A stretch of DNA of 64,000 bases from an uncultured Alphaproteobacteria bacterium (GCA_902580765.1 CACHLW010000003.1:8168-72167), one strand, 5' to 3'; shown: positions 47,939-57,466, counted from the first letter of the stretch. The notes: generated by a model not told the origin, from the letters alone. Numbers and translations: made by a program.

Positions 47939-49447
47939 ATGAAAACGGTTTTCCTTTTGTTTGATTCATTAAATAAAAGAATGTTAAATTCTTATGGTGG
48001 TAAATATATTGAAACACCAAATTTTAACCGATTAGCAGAAAAATCAGTTCAATTTAATAATCATTATATTGGAAGTATGCCATGTATGCCTGCAAGACGT
48101 GATATGCATTCAGGACGATTAAGTTTTTTGCACCGTGCATGGGGTCCCTTAGAACCATTTGATAATTCATTTCCAGAAATCTTAAGACTTAATAATACAT
48201 ATACTCATCTTGTGACTGATCATTATCATTACTTCGAAGATGGTGGCGCAACGTATCATAATAGATTTAATTCTTGGGATTTTATTAGAGGACAAGAGAG
48301 TGACCCATGGAAAGCTATGGTTCAACCGCCTCTTGAAAAACTGAGAGAAAAATATCATCAATCTCAATTAAATCTAACTGATAGGGAAACAGGTTATTAT
48401 CGTTATGCAATCAATAGTGAGTTTATTAAAGAAGAAAAAGATTTTCCTTCCGTCAAATGCTTTCAATCTGGATTAGATTTTATTAATATCAATAAAGATG
48501 CAGATAACTGGTTCCTTCAATTGGAAACTTTTGATCCCCATGAACCTTTCTTTGCACCTGAGCGCTTTAGAGAAAAATTAAAAACTAATTACAAAGGTCC
48601 AAGATTAGACTGGCCTCAATATGACCGGGTTAAAGAAACGGATGATGAAGTTGCCGAATTAAAAGCTAATTACATTGCTCTAATTGGTTTATGTGATTAC
48701 TTGCTTGGCACTGTCTTAGATTATTTTGATGAAAATAATTTATGGGATGACACCGCATTGATTTTAACTACTGACCATGGTTTCATGCTCGGTGAACATG
48801 ATTGGTGGGCTAAAAATAGAATGCCTTTGTATAATGAAATTGCAAACATACCTTTTTATTTTTATCACCCTGAATACAAACAATACTCAGGCAAGCAAAG
48901 AAATGTTGTAACGCAAAATATTGATTTAATGCCAACATTCATGACAATGCATGGTCACAATCTTCCTAAAGAGGTTAAAGGTAAATCTATATTAAACTTT
49001 CTGGACAAAGACAGTGAAAATGAGCATTTTGCTTTGTATGGATATTGGGGCGGAGGAATAAATATATCCGATGGAAATTATACATATTTTCATTTCCCAG
49101 AAAATTTTGATCAATATGACAGAAGTAGATTTCAATATACATTGATGCCAACTAATATGAGGCAATTTTTTTCATACGAAGAGTTACAAACTGCAACTAT
49201 GCATGAACCTTTTGATTTTACGAAAAACATACCAGTAATGAAAGTAAACAAAATTCTTAGAAAAACTGATCCTCATAAATCTTTGGTAGATACTGAAAGT
49301 GCACTCTATGATTTAAAAAAAGATCCAGGTCAATTAAGTCCACTTAATGATATTTCTTTAATGACAAAATATAAAAATATTATGTTGGAAGAAATTAAAA
49401 ATTACGATCCTCCAGAAGAACTATTAAAAAATTATTTTAATATATAA
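47939..49447 (+). CDS. Cys-type sulfatase (S1 family), no signal peptide
   Basis: 502 aa. LLFDSLN, CMPARRDMHSGR (Cys codon at 48083) and TTDHGF. No leader. Confidence 0.8.
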   Translation: MKTVFLLFDSLNKRMLNSYGGKYIETPNFNRLAEKSVQFNNHYIGSMPCMPARRDMHSGRLSFLHRAWGPLEPFDNSFPEILRLNNTYTHLVTDHYHYFEDGGATYHNRFNSWDFIRGQESDPWKAMVQPPLEKLREKYHQSQLNLTDRETGYYRYAINSEFIKEEKDFPSVKCFQSGLDFININKDADNWFLQLETFDPHEPFFAPERFREKLKTNYKGPRLDWPQYDRVKETDDEVAELKANYIALIGLCDYLLGTVLDYFDENNLWDDTALILTTDHGFMLGEHDWWAKNRMPLYNEIANIPFYFYHPEYKQYSGKQRNVVTQNIDLMPTFMTMHGHNLPKEVKGKSILNFLDKDSENEHFALYGYWGGGINISDGNYTYFHFPENFDQYDRSRFQYTLMPTNMRQFFSYEELQTATMHEPFDFTKNIPVMKVNKILRKTDPHKSLVDTESALYDLKKDPGQLSPLNDISLMTKYKNIMLEEIKNYDPPEELLKNYFNI

Positions 49448-49450
49448 GTT

Positions 49451-51511
49451 TTAATATTCTAAAACTATTGCTTCATGTATTTGGAATTTATCAATTTTAA
49501 TATTTATTACCTTAGTATCATTAATCTCAATTTTCTTATCTATATTTAAAATAAATATTTTTTTTATTTTCTTCTCTAAATTAATAGAAAGTTCAACATT
49601 ATGAATTTCAGGAACATCTTCAATTATTAAACATCTTCCTCTTTGTAATGGAGGAGCATACAAGAGATGAACAACATATCGATTTTTACTTTCTTGATGA
49701 AGCAATGTTATTCTCCCAGAACTTGGCAGACCCTTAGTTTCGATTAATAGATTTTTGTTTAAGTGCCTAATTGTATTTCCAAATAGCTGACGATGAACTT
49801 TTGATCCATTTTCTGCATAAATCCTATCTAAATCATGAGCAAAAAAAACTGTGTTCTTATATTGTAGTACAGCCGGATAATTTTCTTTATCAAGTTTGTT
49901 TGGTGCATATAAGTGTCCATTATATTTTTCTAACGTTCGACTAAAATATGGAACTTTAATATCTGCCAGAATATTACTATCCTCAAAAACTTCTGATTTA
50001 ATACCTGGCAAATAAGTTATAAAGGGAGAGGAAACTAAATTATTTGATAACTCTTTCCTTACTTGTACATAATCCATATCATAATCAGAGGGTCCAATAT
50101 ATTTTGCTCCAACATCAAATATAAATTTATCCTTTTTATTATTAAGTGCTCCTTTCCCAATCACAACTAACGTTCCGCCTTTATTCTGAAAATCTTTGAG
50201 TTTATTTATCTCTTCTTCTGATAGAGTATTTGATGATGGGATAATGATTAATTCAAACTCGTTAATTCTTTCTTGAGAAGCGTTAATACTTACGACTTCG
50301 TATTCAATATGCTCTTCCAATAACATTCTAGCAACACCATCATCTGCATTGTAAGAACCTGTCAAATAAAGAGCAACATTTGAAAAAGGTTTGCCACCAA
50401 TTCCATAATCTTCAATTTTTTTTATATATTCAAAAGCAACACCGACGTTTTTATATGTATCCAAATCCATTTCTCCACTTGGATGAAGATGATCACCAAA
50501 ATTACATCGTGCACCGTGGGAGATCATAGCAGCTGCTTCGTATTTTAGTGCTTCAGGATATTTAAAACCTCCAAATTCTCCCCATGAAGTATGAAATTTA
50601 CCACTCATACCAATGATAGGTTTATTTGCATAATTATGAAAATATCTAGATTGAGTAGCTATCTTGTCATAACCACCCCAAGTTGTTGGTAAATCTTCTA
50701 AATCATTTTTAGTTGAGTTTTCGTGAACGCGGTAAAGTAAATTTTCTTTTCTCTCAAGAACAGTTAAACCATTATAAAATATACTTGCATCTAGTTTCAA
50801 AGACTGAATATGAGTAGTCATATTTTTAGTAAAATTTTTTAAAATAATTTCATTCCAATGAGCATTTACTTCTTCAGGATTATTAATATCATATCCAGTT
50901 TCCTTCATAGATTGCTTACAATTATCACAGTAACATTTTAGTTTTGTAAAATGTATATCAAAGAAATAACCATCTACTTGATAATTTGAACACAATTCAG
51001 TTACCATATTTGAAATTAATTCTTCATAATATCCTGTAGGACACATAAATTTCCAATTTCCATAGGGTTTAAAATTTTTATCTTTATATCGTATTTCTTT
51101 ATCACTATGCTGACCAGTGCTAGTAATCTCTTCAATTCCATTTCCTAATTTTTTATTGTGTTCAATTATACTGCCATCTATGTTTCTTGCGCACCACTCT
51201 GGATGAATTTCTGCATCATGTGCTGACCATCCAACTGTTAAATATATTGGTGCTTTTACATTAATTTCGTGACAAGCTTCAATTTGTTGACCAAGTAAAT
51301 CAAAATTTAAATTTGGATGAATTTTCGCATGCTTTACTTTTGTTGGATAATAACACCAACTATGATGACATTTTCCAAAAATATTAATTTGATTAATATG
51401 TCCAATTTGTAGAGCTTCTTTAAATTGTTCTTTTGAAAAATATTTTCCAACATCAGGGATATGCTCTGAAGTGTGAAAATCTAAATGTATTTGCCTTGAT
51501 GGTTCATTCAT
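49451..51511 (-). CDS. Leaderless GH42-like/GHL6-like putative glycoside hydrolase with trimerisation-type middle domain
   Basis: 686 aa. N-terminal IHLDFHTSEH TIM-barrel start. The Cys cluster MCPTG...KCYCDNC resembles the Zn site of GH42 beta-galactosidases. The family call is from memory of motif patterns only. Confidence 0.5.
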   Translation of the reverse strand: MNEPSRQIHLDFHTSEHIPDVGKYFSKEQFKEALQIGHINQINIFGKCHHSWCYYPTKVKHAKIHPNLNFDLLGQQIEACHEINVKAPIYLTVGWSAHDAEIHPEWCARNIDGSIIEHNKKLGNGIEEITSTGQHSDKEIRYKDKNFKPYGNWKFMCPTGYYEELISNMVTELCSNYQVDGYFFDIHFTKLKCYCDNCKQSMKETGYDINNPEEVNAHWNEIILKNFTKNMTTHIQSLKLDASIFYNGLTVLERKENLLYRVHENSTKNDLEDLPTTWGGYDKIATQSRYFHNYANKPIIGMSGKFHTSWGEFGGFKYPEALKYEAAAMISHGARCNFGDHLHPSGEMDLDTYKNVGVAFEYIKKIEDYGIGGKPFSNVALYLTGSYNADDGVARMLLEEHIEYEVVSINASQERINEFELIIIPSSNTLSEEEINKLKDFQNKGGTLVVIGKGALNNKKDKFIFDVGAKYIGPSDYDMDYVQVRKELSNNLVSSPFITYLPGIKSEVFEDSNILADIKVPYFSRTLEKYNGHLYAPNKLDKENYPAVLQYKNTVFFAHDLDRIYAENGSKVHRQLFGNTIRHLNKNLLIETKGLPSSGRITLLHQESKNRYVVHLLYAPPLQRGRCLIIEDVPEIHNVELSINLEKKIKKIFILNIDKKIEINDTKVINIKIDKFQIHEAIVLEY

Positions 51512-51702
51512 TTGAACAGCTTATTTTATAAATTATTAAATTTAAATAATTTTTTGAAAAAAATTTAAAATAAAAAATTAAGTAATTCTCTAATTTTTTC
51601 TATATTCTTAAACTGATTGTAACATACAAAAACATTCAAAAAGTATTTATTTTTGGCTCTTTTATGCTAATTTCTCCTTATCTTAATAAGGAGGAATGTA
51701 AG

Positions 51703-52986
51703 ATGAAATATTATTTTAGTCGAATATGGGCTGGTATATTAATTACTTTACTTTCTTTTTCATTCACTAGTAGCTCTTATGCAATTGATATTAAACTTTG
51801 GGATCTTTCTGCAAGACAAGGTCAAGATGAGTTCTATGAATTATTAAAGAAAGAAGTTAAAAAATATAATCCAGATATTAATGTTATTGTAACCGAGTGG
51901 GAAGGTGAGGCATATAAAACTCAAATTCAACTTGCTCTTAATGGTGACGATGGACCTGATGTCTTCTTTAACTGGTTTGGTGAAGATAGTGCAAGACTAG
52001 CAAGAGCTGGTTTAGCACTCGATCTTACACCTTACGCTGATATGGAAGGTGGATATGGAAACTTCATAAGTAAAGGTTGGCAAGATGCTGGTGCAGTAGA
52101 TGGAAAAATTTATGGTATTGCTAATAAAGCAGTTTCAAAATACTTCTATTACGATCCTGCATTCTTTGATCAACATAACTTATCTGTTCCTACAACATTT
52201 GGAGAGTTAATTGATACTTGTAAAAGTATAAAAGCAATAGACCCTTCAATCGTTCCATGGCCAATGGGTAATTCTGAGAGATGGAAATTAAACCATGTTA
52301 TTACCATGCTTAATCAAAGAGTAGTAGGAGCAGAAAATACAAAAGCAGATTATGCGTTAACTGCACCCGATGATGAATTATTCACAAATCCTAAATATGT
52401 TGAAGCTTGGGAAAAAGTTGTTGAACTAAATGAAAATTGTTTCAATGATGCACCAAATGCAACTAATCCAGAATTAACGAGATCTATGTTTGCAGCTCAA
52501 ATTTCACCTATGATGTATTGTGGAACTTGGTGTGGAGGTATTTTCGCTTCTGAAGGTTTCACAGATTTTAAAATGTTTAGATTTCCACGTGTTGAAGGTG
52601 GAGCTGATGATGGAACTGTAGGCTTTCTAGTTGCAGAAGGAATGCAAGTATCAGCAAAAACTAAACATCCAGAAGCAGCAGCTTTGGTAGCATCAATTAA
52701 TGTATCTGATACTATGGCTTTAGCTGATGCTGAGTTGAGAGGTAGTTTGATATCAAATGCAACTTTAATTGATCAACTGGAAGATGCTCCTCATTGGTTT
52801 ACATTTTATGTCAATGATATTGCTGACAAAAGTGGACATGTAAATGTTTTAGATGTTCTTTTAGAAGCAAATGTATCTAATGCTTATCTTGATATGGGAA
52901 CTGAAGTTCTTAATGGAACAAAATCTCCTCAAGAAGCAATGGATTTCATTAGAAAAGTTGCTTTAGAAGCTAAAGCAGCAATGTAA
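51703..52986 (+). CDS. CUT1-type substrate-binding protein (Sec signal)
   Basis: Start set at ATG 51703 behind AAGGAGGA (MKYYFSRIWAGILITLLSFSFTSSSYA-IDIK). SBP_bac_1-like. Confidence 0.8.
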   Translation: MKYYFSRIWAGILITLLSFSFTSSSYAIDIKLWDLSARQGQDEFYELLKKEVKKYNPDINVIVTEWEGEAYKTQIQLALNGDDGPDVFFNWFGEDSARLARAGLALDLTPYADMEGGYGNFISKGWQDAGAVDGKIYGIANKAVSKYFYYDPAFFDQHNLSVPTTFGELIDTCKSIKAIDPSIVPWPMGNSERWKLNHVITMLNQRVVGAENTKADYALTAPDDELFTNPKYVEAWEKVVELNENCFNDAPNATNPELTRSMFAAQISPMMYCGTWCGGIFASEGFTDFKMFRFPRVEGGADDGTVGFLVAEGMQVSAKTKHPEAAALVASINVSDTMALADAELRGSLISNATLIDQLEDAPHWFTFYVNDIADKSGHVNVLDVLLEANVSNAYLDMGTEVLNGTKSPQEAMDFIRKVALEAKAAM

Positions 52987-52992
52987 TAAAAA

Positions 52993-53025
52993 AATTTCGG
53001 CTATTAAAAATTAATAGCCGAAATT
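52993..53025 (+). terminator. Intra-operon hairpin after SBP gene
   Basis: aatttcggctattaa-aaa-ttaatagccgaaatt forms a 15-bp stem with a weak T tract. It ends 6 nt before the permease ATG. Confidence 0.5.
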
Positions 53026-53030
53026 ATCAT

Positions 53031-53936
53031 ATGAATAAAACTCAAACAAACTCAATTGGTTTTTCTTTATCAAGTGATAGGGTATCCGTTATTATTCTCT
53101 TAATTCCAGCTCTAATATTTTGTACAATATTTATATTTATTCCAGCATTTTGGGCCATAGTTGGATCCTTTTATAGTTATGGGATGACTTCTCTTAATGA
53201 TTGGAAATGGGTTGGCTTTGATAATTATATTAAAGCATCCCAGGATGAATTTTTTTGGATTGCATTAAAGAATAACTTTATAATTGTTTTTGCGTCAATC
53301 GTTCTTCAAGTAGGTGTAGGGACAATACTAGCAGCAATCCTAGATCGAGGAATAAAATATGGAAAAGTAATTTTTCGAACTATTATATTTACACCAATGG
53401 TCATTTCATCTGTTGCAGTAAGTATAATTTGGTTACTAATTTATGATCCAAATTTTGGAATTTTAAACAACATATTAATAGCAATAGGTTTGCCCACACC
53501 TTCAATGGGATGGTTGGGAGATCCTGATATATCTATTTGGATGATTATGATTGTTGCGGGCTGGCAAAATACTGGATTTATGATGGTTTTAATCTTAGCT
53601 GGTTTACAAGGAGTTTCTAAAGAAGTTTATGATGCAGCAGAGATAGATGGTGCAACGGGTGTAAAAGCATTTTGGTATATTACTCTTCCAATGATTAGAA
53701 ATATTATAATTGTTGCAATTTTGATAACAACTATTGGTGCATTTAAAGTATTTGAATTTGTTTATGTCTTAACCCAAGGTGGTCCATCGAATGCAACACA
53801 AGTATTAGGAACATATATTTATTTACAAGCATTTAATTTATTGCATATGGGTTATGCCAATGCTTTGTCAGTTGTACTATTAGTTATTGCTTTAATTTTA
53901 GGTTGGTTTCAACTTAAAGCAAGTAGGAGAGCATAG
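53031..53936 (+). CDS. CUT1 ABC permease (MalF-like)
   Basis: 301 aa. EAA loop DAAEIDGATGVKAFWYITLP. Confidence 0.85.
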   Translation: MNKTQTNSIGFSLSSDRVSVIILLIPALIFCTIFIFIPAFWAIVGSFYSYGMTSLNDWKWVGFDNYIKASQDEFFWIALKNNFIIVFASIVLQVGVGTILAAILDRGIKYGKVIFRTIIFTPMVISSVAVSIIWLLIYDPNFGILNNILIAIGLPTPSMGWLGDPDISIWMIMIVAGWQNTGFMMVLILAGLQGVSKEVYDAAEIDGATGVKAFWYITLPMIRNIIIVAILITTIGAFKVFEFVYVLTQGGPSNATQVLGTYIYLQAFNLLHMGYANALSVVLLVIALILGWFQLKASRRA

Positions 53937-54754
53937 TGAGTAAATTTAAGTTAGCTAATATATTTGCTTACGGCTTTGTAACACTCTTTAGTATCTATGT
54001 ACTATTACCAATAATAGTGATGATACTGACAACTTTTAAAACAAGAAGAGAAATTTTTTTAGAACCACTTGGGTTACCAGGTCAATTTAATTTTTCTTCT
54101 TTTGAAAAGGCATTATCTATTGGCCTTGGAGGTTTCATCTTCAATTCTTTCTTGGTTTCATTATTTTCAGTTATTTTAATAGTAATAATTGCAGGGATGG
54201 CTGCCTATGTTCTAGCAAGAATTGATTTTAGAATAAATAGATATGTCTATTTATTAATTGTTGCAGGTTTCGCAATACCTCCAGCAGCTGTGCTTGTACC
54301 ACTTTATGTAACAGTATCAAATTTAGGATTATTAAATAGTATATATGGTGTAGTAATGCCGTTAACTGCATTTGGTATTCCCTTCACCGTTATTTTATTT
54401 TATGCTTTTTTTTTAGATTTTCCAAGAGAAGTTGAGGAAGCAGCCACTATTGATGGTTGTAGTAAAATGCAGATTTTTTTTAGAATTATTATTCCATTAT
54501 CTGGTCCAGCTATTGCTAGTGCAGCAATTTTTCAAACTGTGTGGATCTGGAATGAATTCCTACTAGCCCTAATTATGTTGACATCTGATGAAGTAAAAAC
54601 TTTGCCATTAGGATTAATGAAGCTGAGAGGAGAATGGTCATCTGATTGGCCATCAATTATGGCTGGACTAACTATAGCAATCTTACCAGTTCTTATAGTA
54701 TTCTTGATTTTCCAAAAATACTTTGTAAGATCTTTGGCAGGTTTAGGAAAATAA
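53936..54754 (+). CDS. CUT1 ABC permease (MalG-like)
   Basis: 272 aa. GTG start overlapping the upstream TAG. EAA loop EAATIDGCSKMQIFFRIIIP. Confidence 0.8.
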   Translation: MSKFKLANIFAYGFVTLFSIYVLLPIIVMILTTFKTRREIFLEPLGLPGQFNFSSFEKALSIGLGGFIFNSFLVSLFSVILIVIIAGMAAYVLARIDFRINRYVYLLIVAGFAIPPAAVLVPLYVTVSNLGLLNSIYGVVMPLTAFGIPFTVILFYAFFLDFPREVEEAATIDGCSKMQIFFRIIIPLSGPAIASAAIFQTVWIWNEFLLALIMLTSDEVKTLPLGLMKLRGEWSSDWPSIMAGLTIAILPVLIVFLIFQKYFVRSLAGLGK

Positions 54755-54759
54755 ATAAC

Positions 54760-55038
54760 ATGGCCAAAAGACAAAAAGTTTTAGTTCTCTATTTAAAGTT
54801 ACCAAGCTTAGAAGGAGAAGTAATTTCTTGGGCAACCTTTGATGGCACAGGAAAAAAACTGCATATGACAGGTGATAGTGATGAGCCTCCTTATCCTACA
54901 GGTTTGGATGCCTTGTTAGATGGCTGGAGATTATTCCAAGCAAGTCAAGCCATTCCAGAACATCCAGGTCAAGAATTCAGAACATCGTATTTAAAGCATG
55001 AATTTTTTTTTGAAAAATTAGAAGAAGGAGATTTTTAA
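54760..55038 (+). CDS. Small (92 aa) soluble protein of unknown function
   Basis: Track ORF 54646-55038 trimmed to the ATG 5 nt after the permease stop (MAKRQKVLVLYLKLPSLEGE...). Gly/Pro/Glu/Trp-rich composition, atypical for non-coding AT-rich DNA. Tightly packed (1 nt) before the PhyH-like gene. Confidence 0.5.
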   Translation: MAKRQKVLVLYLKLPSLEGEVISWATFDGTGKKLHMTGDSDEPPYPTGLDALLDGWRLFQASQAIPEHPGQEFRTSYLKHEFFFEKLEEGDF

Positions 55039-55039
55039 T

Positions 55040-55960
55040 ATGGCTAAGTTATTGACAACAGAACAAATGGCTGAATTTGCAAATAGTGGATGTTTATTTT
55101 TTGATGAGTTAATCGATCAACAAACTAATCAGGAATTTTTAGATGATATTGGTCATACAGACATTGATGAAGTTGATAGTGTACAGGATTATTATAGAAA
55201 TATAAAAGCAACTAGCAGTATTCCAAGAATACCAGCAGGAACAAAACTTAAAGATGCTTATCCAAAAGGCTCCCCTTTAGAAAAAATTTTTTCACATGAA
55301 GTTGTCGATGGTGCTATTAAAAGTTTAGTCGGTAGTAACACAATCATTGATCACCAGTTTCTTCATATAACGTTTCCTACCAAATATTTTAAACAAGCAA
55401 ATCAACGCCAGATGTCTCAACAAAATCATCAAGATAGTACAATTGATCCAAGAAGTACTTTTGATGTACAATTATTTTATTTTCCAACAGAGGTAACAAA
55501 AGCAATGGGAGGAACAAGATATCACCCTGGTACGCATTTACGTATTGTTAATGAATTTGGAATTGCAAAATACCAAAATATTTTAGGCCAAAAGAGTATA
55601 GTATGTAAACCTGGTACAATTGGTATTTTTCATAGTGGATTATGGCATGGAGCAGGTGTAAATTTTTCAGAAAATATTCGCTATATGTTTAAAGTGAGGC
55701 TTCAACCCACAGAGAAACAGGAATTACTATGGGATCCTGAAAAAAAATATCAACCTTTGCCAAACCGCGCTCTTTATTGGACTGATGAAAGAAAAGATAA
55801 AACAATAAATGATATTTTAATGAGATCCTATCCTTGGCAAGAAGCAGATACAAATAGATTGGATAAAATAAACGTTGTTAAGTTTTGGAGATTATTGACC
55901 GGTCATAAAAAAATGGATGTTGATTATTGGCTTACTCGGATTGAAAACGAACTATATTAG
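55040..55960 (+). CDS. PhyH-like Fe(II)/2-oxoglutarate dioxygenase (paralog 2, divergent)
   Basis: 306 aa. N-terminal LTTEQMAEFANSGCLFFDELI, NHQDS (H-x-D) and a distal GLWHGAG His. Confidence 0.6.
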   Translation: MAKLLTTEQMAEFANSGCLFFDELIDQQTNQEFLDDIGHTDIDEVDSVQDYYRNIKATSSIPRIPAGTKLKDAYPKGSPLEKIFSHEVVDGAIKSLVGSNTIIDHQFLHITFPTKYFKQANQRQMSQQNHQDSTIDPRSTFDVQLFYFPTEVTKAMGGTRYHPGTHLRIVNEFGIAKYQNILGQKSIVCKPGTIGIFHSGLWHGAGVNFSENIRYMFKVRLQPTEKQELLWDPEKKYQPLPNRALYWTDERKDKTINDILMRSYPWQEADTNRLDKINVVKFWRLLTGHKKMDVDYWLTRIENELY

Positions 55961-57466
55961 TTAAAAATTTCTTTCATCACCTTTTAATGGAACAACATCA
56001 CAAGTTTCTTGGTACCAAGAAAGCATTTTTTCTTTCAAGTTTTTAAGCTCTGATGCATATTGCTGATCATCAATAACATTATTTATCTCTCCTGGATCAT
56101 CAATTAAGTTATAAAGTTCATCTCTTTCGTATGCTCTTTTTATATATTTAAATTTCTTATTTCTGCACATAGTGGCTTTAGTGTGCATCAAAATTTCATC
56201 TTCTTTACCTTGTAAGCTTACTCTTGGGTAATATAAGCCATGAGGTAAATTTAAACTTTGACTTTCACTTGCTTGTCTCTCTAATCTAAGTCTGCCACCT
56301 TCAGTAAATACTTCTTCTCTATGATTATCAGTTTTCTGTTCAATAAAATTTTTTATACTTTTGCCAAAATGCCAATATGAAGGATCGATATTACTGTAAT
56401 CATATATGGTTCCAGCGATATCAATTAACTCAATCATTGTATCACTTACACCATTTAATGTATTTTCACTTTTTGGCGGCTTAATAATAAGAGGAACATT
56501 CGTAAGACAATCTTGAAAAGTATTTTGCGTTTTTTCAACTAAATTATAATCACCTGTAAAGTCACCATGATCAGATAAAAAAATTATTAAAGTATCATCA
56601 TATAAATTATTATCTTTAAGTTGATTGACCAGAAGTCCAAATTGATAATCTACCCTTGCACACATACCAAGATATACCGCTCTTAATTCATTCCAGCGTT
56701 CATCAGTCCAATCTTGCATTCTTTGTCCATCCATTATTCCTTTTAAAAGACTTGGCTTGTCTTCCCAAGTTTTATATTGATATCTATTAGGTATTACGCT
56801 TCGATCAATTGAAGAGAACCATGGATCCTCTACACAGTAAGGAGGATGCGGATAACCAAGTGGTAGAAATAAACAGAATGGTTTATCTTCTTTATAATCT
56901 TTTACAAAATCTAATGCTCCATAAACCATGGACCAATCGTCATCGAAATAAATATCTTTATCTTTTTTATCTAATTTTCCTTTGAAGAAACTATAATAAT
57001 TATCTCCATCTTCAGGCCCTCGCCATAATAGATCTCCCCCATGTGTGCCTGGTTGTTGAGTATAGCCCCATTTTTGATAATCACTATCCGTTGGTTCAAA
57101 GTAAATATCACAATGATTACGGTATCCTTCTTGACCTGCTATTAAATCATTTTTTCCACCCCACCAAATAAAGTAATCTTTATCTTTTAGTTCTGATAAA
57201 ATACTAGAGTCACCTTGATCTGTATGTAACATATAATGCATTGTTCTATGACCATGAACATGTGGATACCAACCAGTCATAAATGAACACCGACTTGGTG
57301 TACAAACTGTTGCTTGGCAAAAAGCATTCTTAAATGCAATTGCATCTTCTTTAATAATATTATCTAAGTTAGGAGTTTGTGCACCAGGATACCCTAGATA
57401 TCCCAGCATATCTCCTCTCCACTGATCAGGGTTAAAAATAACAATATTTGGTTTTTTCTGGATCAT
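55961..57466 (-). CDS. Cys-type sulfatase (S1 family), no signal peptide
   Basis: 501 aa. IFNPDQWRGD, CTPSRCSFMTG (Cys codon 57304-57302) and LSDHGD. No leader. Its stop abuts the stop of 55040-55960 with a 0-nt gap. Confidence 0.85.
   Translation of the reverse strand: MIQKKPNIVIFNPDQWRGDMLGYLGYPGAQTPNLDNIIKEDAIAFKNAFCQATVCTPSRCSFMTGWYPHVHGHRTMHYMLHTDQGDSSILSELKDKDYFIWWGGKNDLIAGQEGYRNHCDIYFEPTDSDYQKWGYTQQPGTHGGDLLWRGPEDGDNYYSFFKGKLDKKDKDIYFDDDWSMVYGALDFVKDYKEDKPFCLFLPLGYPHPPYCVEDPWFSSIDRSVIPNRYQYKTWEDKPSLLKGIMDGQRMQDWTDERWNELRAVYLGMCARVDYQFGLLVNQLKDNNLYDDTLIIFLSDHGDFTGDYNLVEKTQNTFQDCLTNVPLIIKPPKSENTLNGVSDTMIELIDIAGTIYDYSNIDPSYWHFGKSIKNFIEQKTDNHREEVFTEGGRLRLERQASESQSLNLPHGLYYPRVSLQGKEDEILMHTKATMCRNKKFKYIKRAYERDELYNLIDDPGEINNVIDDQQYASELKNLKEKMLSWYQETCDVVPLKGDERNF

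Noticed and set aside
43470-49447. The four tandem sulfatases as recent tandem duplicates or a repeat array
   Set aside because: The four proteins differ in length and share little beyond the family motifs. No nucleotide-level repetition is visible, so they are distinct paralogs.
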